From the NCBI GenBank assembly GCA_010909165.1, contig MU008199.1:124001-188000 (forward strand): DNA of 64,000 nt. The letters run 5' to 3'. A program made the position numbers and the translations under genes. Shown here in pieces: positions 61,577 to 64,000 of the stretch (positions are counted from its first letter, which is position 1; every line of letters starts with the position of its first letter). The notes below the pieces were generated by a model, which had not been told where the DNA came from, searched no databases, and saw nothing but the letters and a program-made list of their open reading frames with translations. Source of the DNA: Anthoceros angustus. Lineage: Eukaryota > Plantae > Anthocerotophyta.

Positions 61577-62370
61577 CTTAGAAAGGATTTCTCTGTCAAA
61601 GGGGTTTTGGAAAAATCTCAACCCTATTTCACGGCGAAGTTGGTTTGGTATTTGTTGGTTTTGTAGGTGTTCATCCATCGGTTTGCATTCTCGGCTCGGC
61701 ACCACTTCTGTCAAGTCATGTACATGTACCGGCGCTATACTCGTTCATAGCGATTTAGTCGGTGTGATGAAGGGCCAGTGACCTCATTGTTCCATAATTT
61801 CGTCATGTCCGTAGTTTCTGCATTTTGTGTGGTTTTGTATGTTTTTGTATACCAGGGGGCCTAGGCGCGCATAAGTGCGCGCCTAAACAACGCTATGTGC
61901 AAACTTGTGCATGCATTGTGCAAAAAGAACGCGAAAAATGATCTTCTAATGGGGAAGTATGTCCTTTTGGCGGTCTAAGGATGTGCCGGAACTCCCGACA
62001 AAATAACAAGTAGCAGACATCGGCGGAGGTTCACCTAGACCACTCTTATGTACCTATCCTATGCCCTAATGCGACGAAGAATACCCTATCCCCTTTTTAT
62101 TCTTTACGGTGTTTCCGTCTCTTTCGGCGGTGACCTAACACCGGGTTATCATCAAACATGCCAGGGGGGCCCAACTGGGTGAACAAGTGCATTCACTATG
62201 GGGCAAGGGGGCCCGGGTGCATGCACAAGTGCTACTGGCAAGGGGCTTGGGTGTGCGCAGGGGCAAGGAGGCCAGCGCGCACTTGTGCGCGCACTGGGAA
62301 GGGCGTGCGCGCACTTGTGCGCGCACCACGGGCAGGGGCCTGGGTGTGCGCACAGGGGCAAGGAGGGCCG
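61577..62370 (-). mobile_element. Diverged partial copy of the 14861-16732 TIR element (right end + minisatellite)
   Basis: Reverse complement aligns by eye with ~15950-16725, e.g. GACCTCATTGTTCCATAATTTCGTCATGTCCGTAGTTTC and GTTCACCTAGACCACTCTTAT. Confidence 0.85.
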
Positions 62371-62835
62371 GGTTGTGGGTTGACGACCCATGTCGTGGGG
62401 CACGGTGAGGTCCACATTTACCCTCCATGTCGTTGTAGTCCTGGGATTCGCTCCCAAGGGAATGGTTTGTGCCAAAAGACGCTACCTTCTATCGCTACCA
62501 ACCTTTGCCTAAGCCTGGACTGGACCGCTACTACTCCTTACACCTATCTCCTCTACTACGGCTACCCCCTGTCTTACCCAACTACCACGGACCTAACTCC
62601 TCGACCTCAAATCTCGCTCCACGACCCCGTTCCGGAGCCACTACCGGGTAGTTGCTACAACCACCGAGGTGGGTCCCACACCAAACCCTAGTAACTCATC
62701 TTTGTGCGGCGCCGCGGATCCCTGTCACGGGCGGCTGCCGCTGCTCACAGATCAGATGTTATTCTGCACTCTACACCCCTTGCGCACTCCGTTCCCTAGA
62801 GGCCAAAGTCCCTAGGATACCTCGCGCTCGCTCCT

Positions 62836-62860
62836 CACACACACACACACACACACACAC
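62836..62860. repeat. (CA)n microsatellite
   Basis: ~12 CA units. Confidence 0.9.
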
Positions 62861-64000
62861 CGAAGGGCGCCACCCCCACACGGTTTCTACCAGAGACGTT
62901 GTTTTCCTTGTGCACTTTCCACTGCAAGCACCGGTTTGAGTTTCTCAATTCACACACAAAACATGCTAATCTTGGAAGGGGGTTAGTATACGGTAAGGGG
63001 GTTTTCAACCAAATATCGTCGGAAGGGGGTTTGGGATGGGTCGCGTCTGCTTTGGGCAACATCGGTCGAAGGCACGAAAATAAGGGTCGATAAGGGATGA
63101 AATTGTCCGGGCGGTGTCTCCATCACACAAAGGGTTAGCGAGTTCGCCATCGAATTTGGCATATCGACCCATGCTTGCTTACCATAAGTACCCTAAGGAC
63201 TAAAAGGGAACGGGTTGTTGAGGCACCTAAATAAACAAGGTCTTTTGAAGACATTGCGGCAATCTTCAGTCATCATTGGTAAAGAATGGTGCTTCTTTCC
63301 GAACCGTCCGTCCGAACCCATAGTCTTTTGTTTTGGAAGGGCCGCTGGGCGCCACGAACTATCGGGTTTCCACGATTTAGGATTTAGGCATGCGTCGGAT
63401 GGGTNCATTCCATGAGAGAGGTGCAGTGGCCCAAGGAGTCTGTGTGGGGAAGAGTGCATGTGGCCCGTGAGGCGAGGAGAGTTCATTGGGAAGGGAAAGG
63501 TTCCGGAGAATAGTTGTGTCTTGTTGGGAGGGATTGTGAGGCGTGTGAGGGAAAATCGAGCAGAGGGATTGTGAGGCGTGAGGAAAATGGGCGTGGGGGG
63601 GGCGTGTGGTGGAATCGCAGAAATTCCGAGTAAGTGAGGCGTATATAGGTGTCCATAGCCCCTAGGTCCGTGTTAGAGAAGCGGTGGCAGATAGACTCCA
63701 TGGCGTGTGGTGGGACCCGCCACGGTGGCGAACCGGCCGCTGCGGTGGCCGAGTCTACCGCAGTGGTGGGTTTGGGCGGTAGCTGGAGTGGGGTAGTGGC
63801 GGCGGGGTGGGTCTAGAATCCATAGATTTAGCACACCTTGACACAACACCATTCCTTGGGATCGAATCCTAGGACTATAGCGACATAGAGGGTAAATGTG
63901 GCCTCTTTGCGTCTTGGATGCAAAAACCCATTCACAAGCTTCACCTTGGACTTATTTTAATTTTCACCTTACATGGGATGGGGCGCCGGACGGCGTCCTC

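Overview
Eukaryotic nuclear DNA from a compact, GC-rich land-plant genome with short introns. The gene content is consistent with a non-seed plant (hornwort, lycophyte or bryophyte); this is inference. Gene-dense blocks are 1-13.4 kb (F-box, DUF4079, MTOPVIB, LTA4-hydrolase, LAT-type amino acid permease, small Set7-like SET protein) and 22.7-47.3 kb (orphan ORF, GDSL lipase, partial CBP80 duplicate, DNAJC17/Cwc23, QCR8, CBP80/ABH1, CRAL-TRIO, PPR remnants, DUF4220/DUF594). These alternate with transposon islands. 13.5-21.9 kb holds three nested inverted-repeat DNA elements, a possible solo LTR, and a 5'-truncated LINE inserted in a Gypsy gag remnant. 48.7-64 kb holds an LTR element with a non-gag/pol ORF, a CACTA-like remnant, and an intron-containing, decayed DUF3504/Crypton-type tyrosine recombinase gene. 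The most notable items are that Crypton-like recombinase in a plant and a head-to-head pair of fungal/animal-like genes (Set7-like methyltransferase and SLC7/LAT permease). All identifications rest on manual motif recognition; no searches were run. Indel-rich tandem duplicates at 41-43.7 kb and 53.4-55.8 kb suggest local long-read assembly error.
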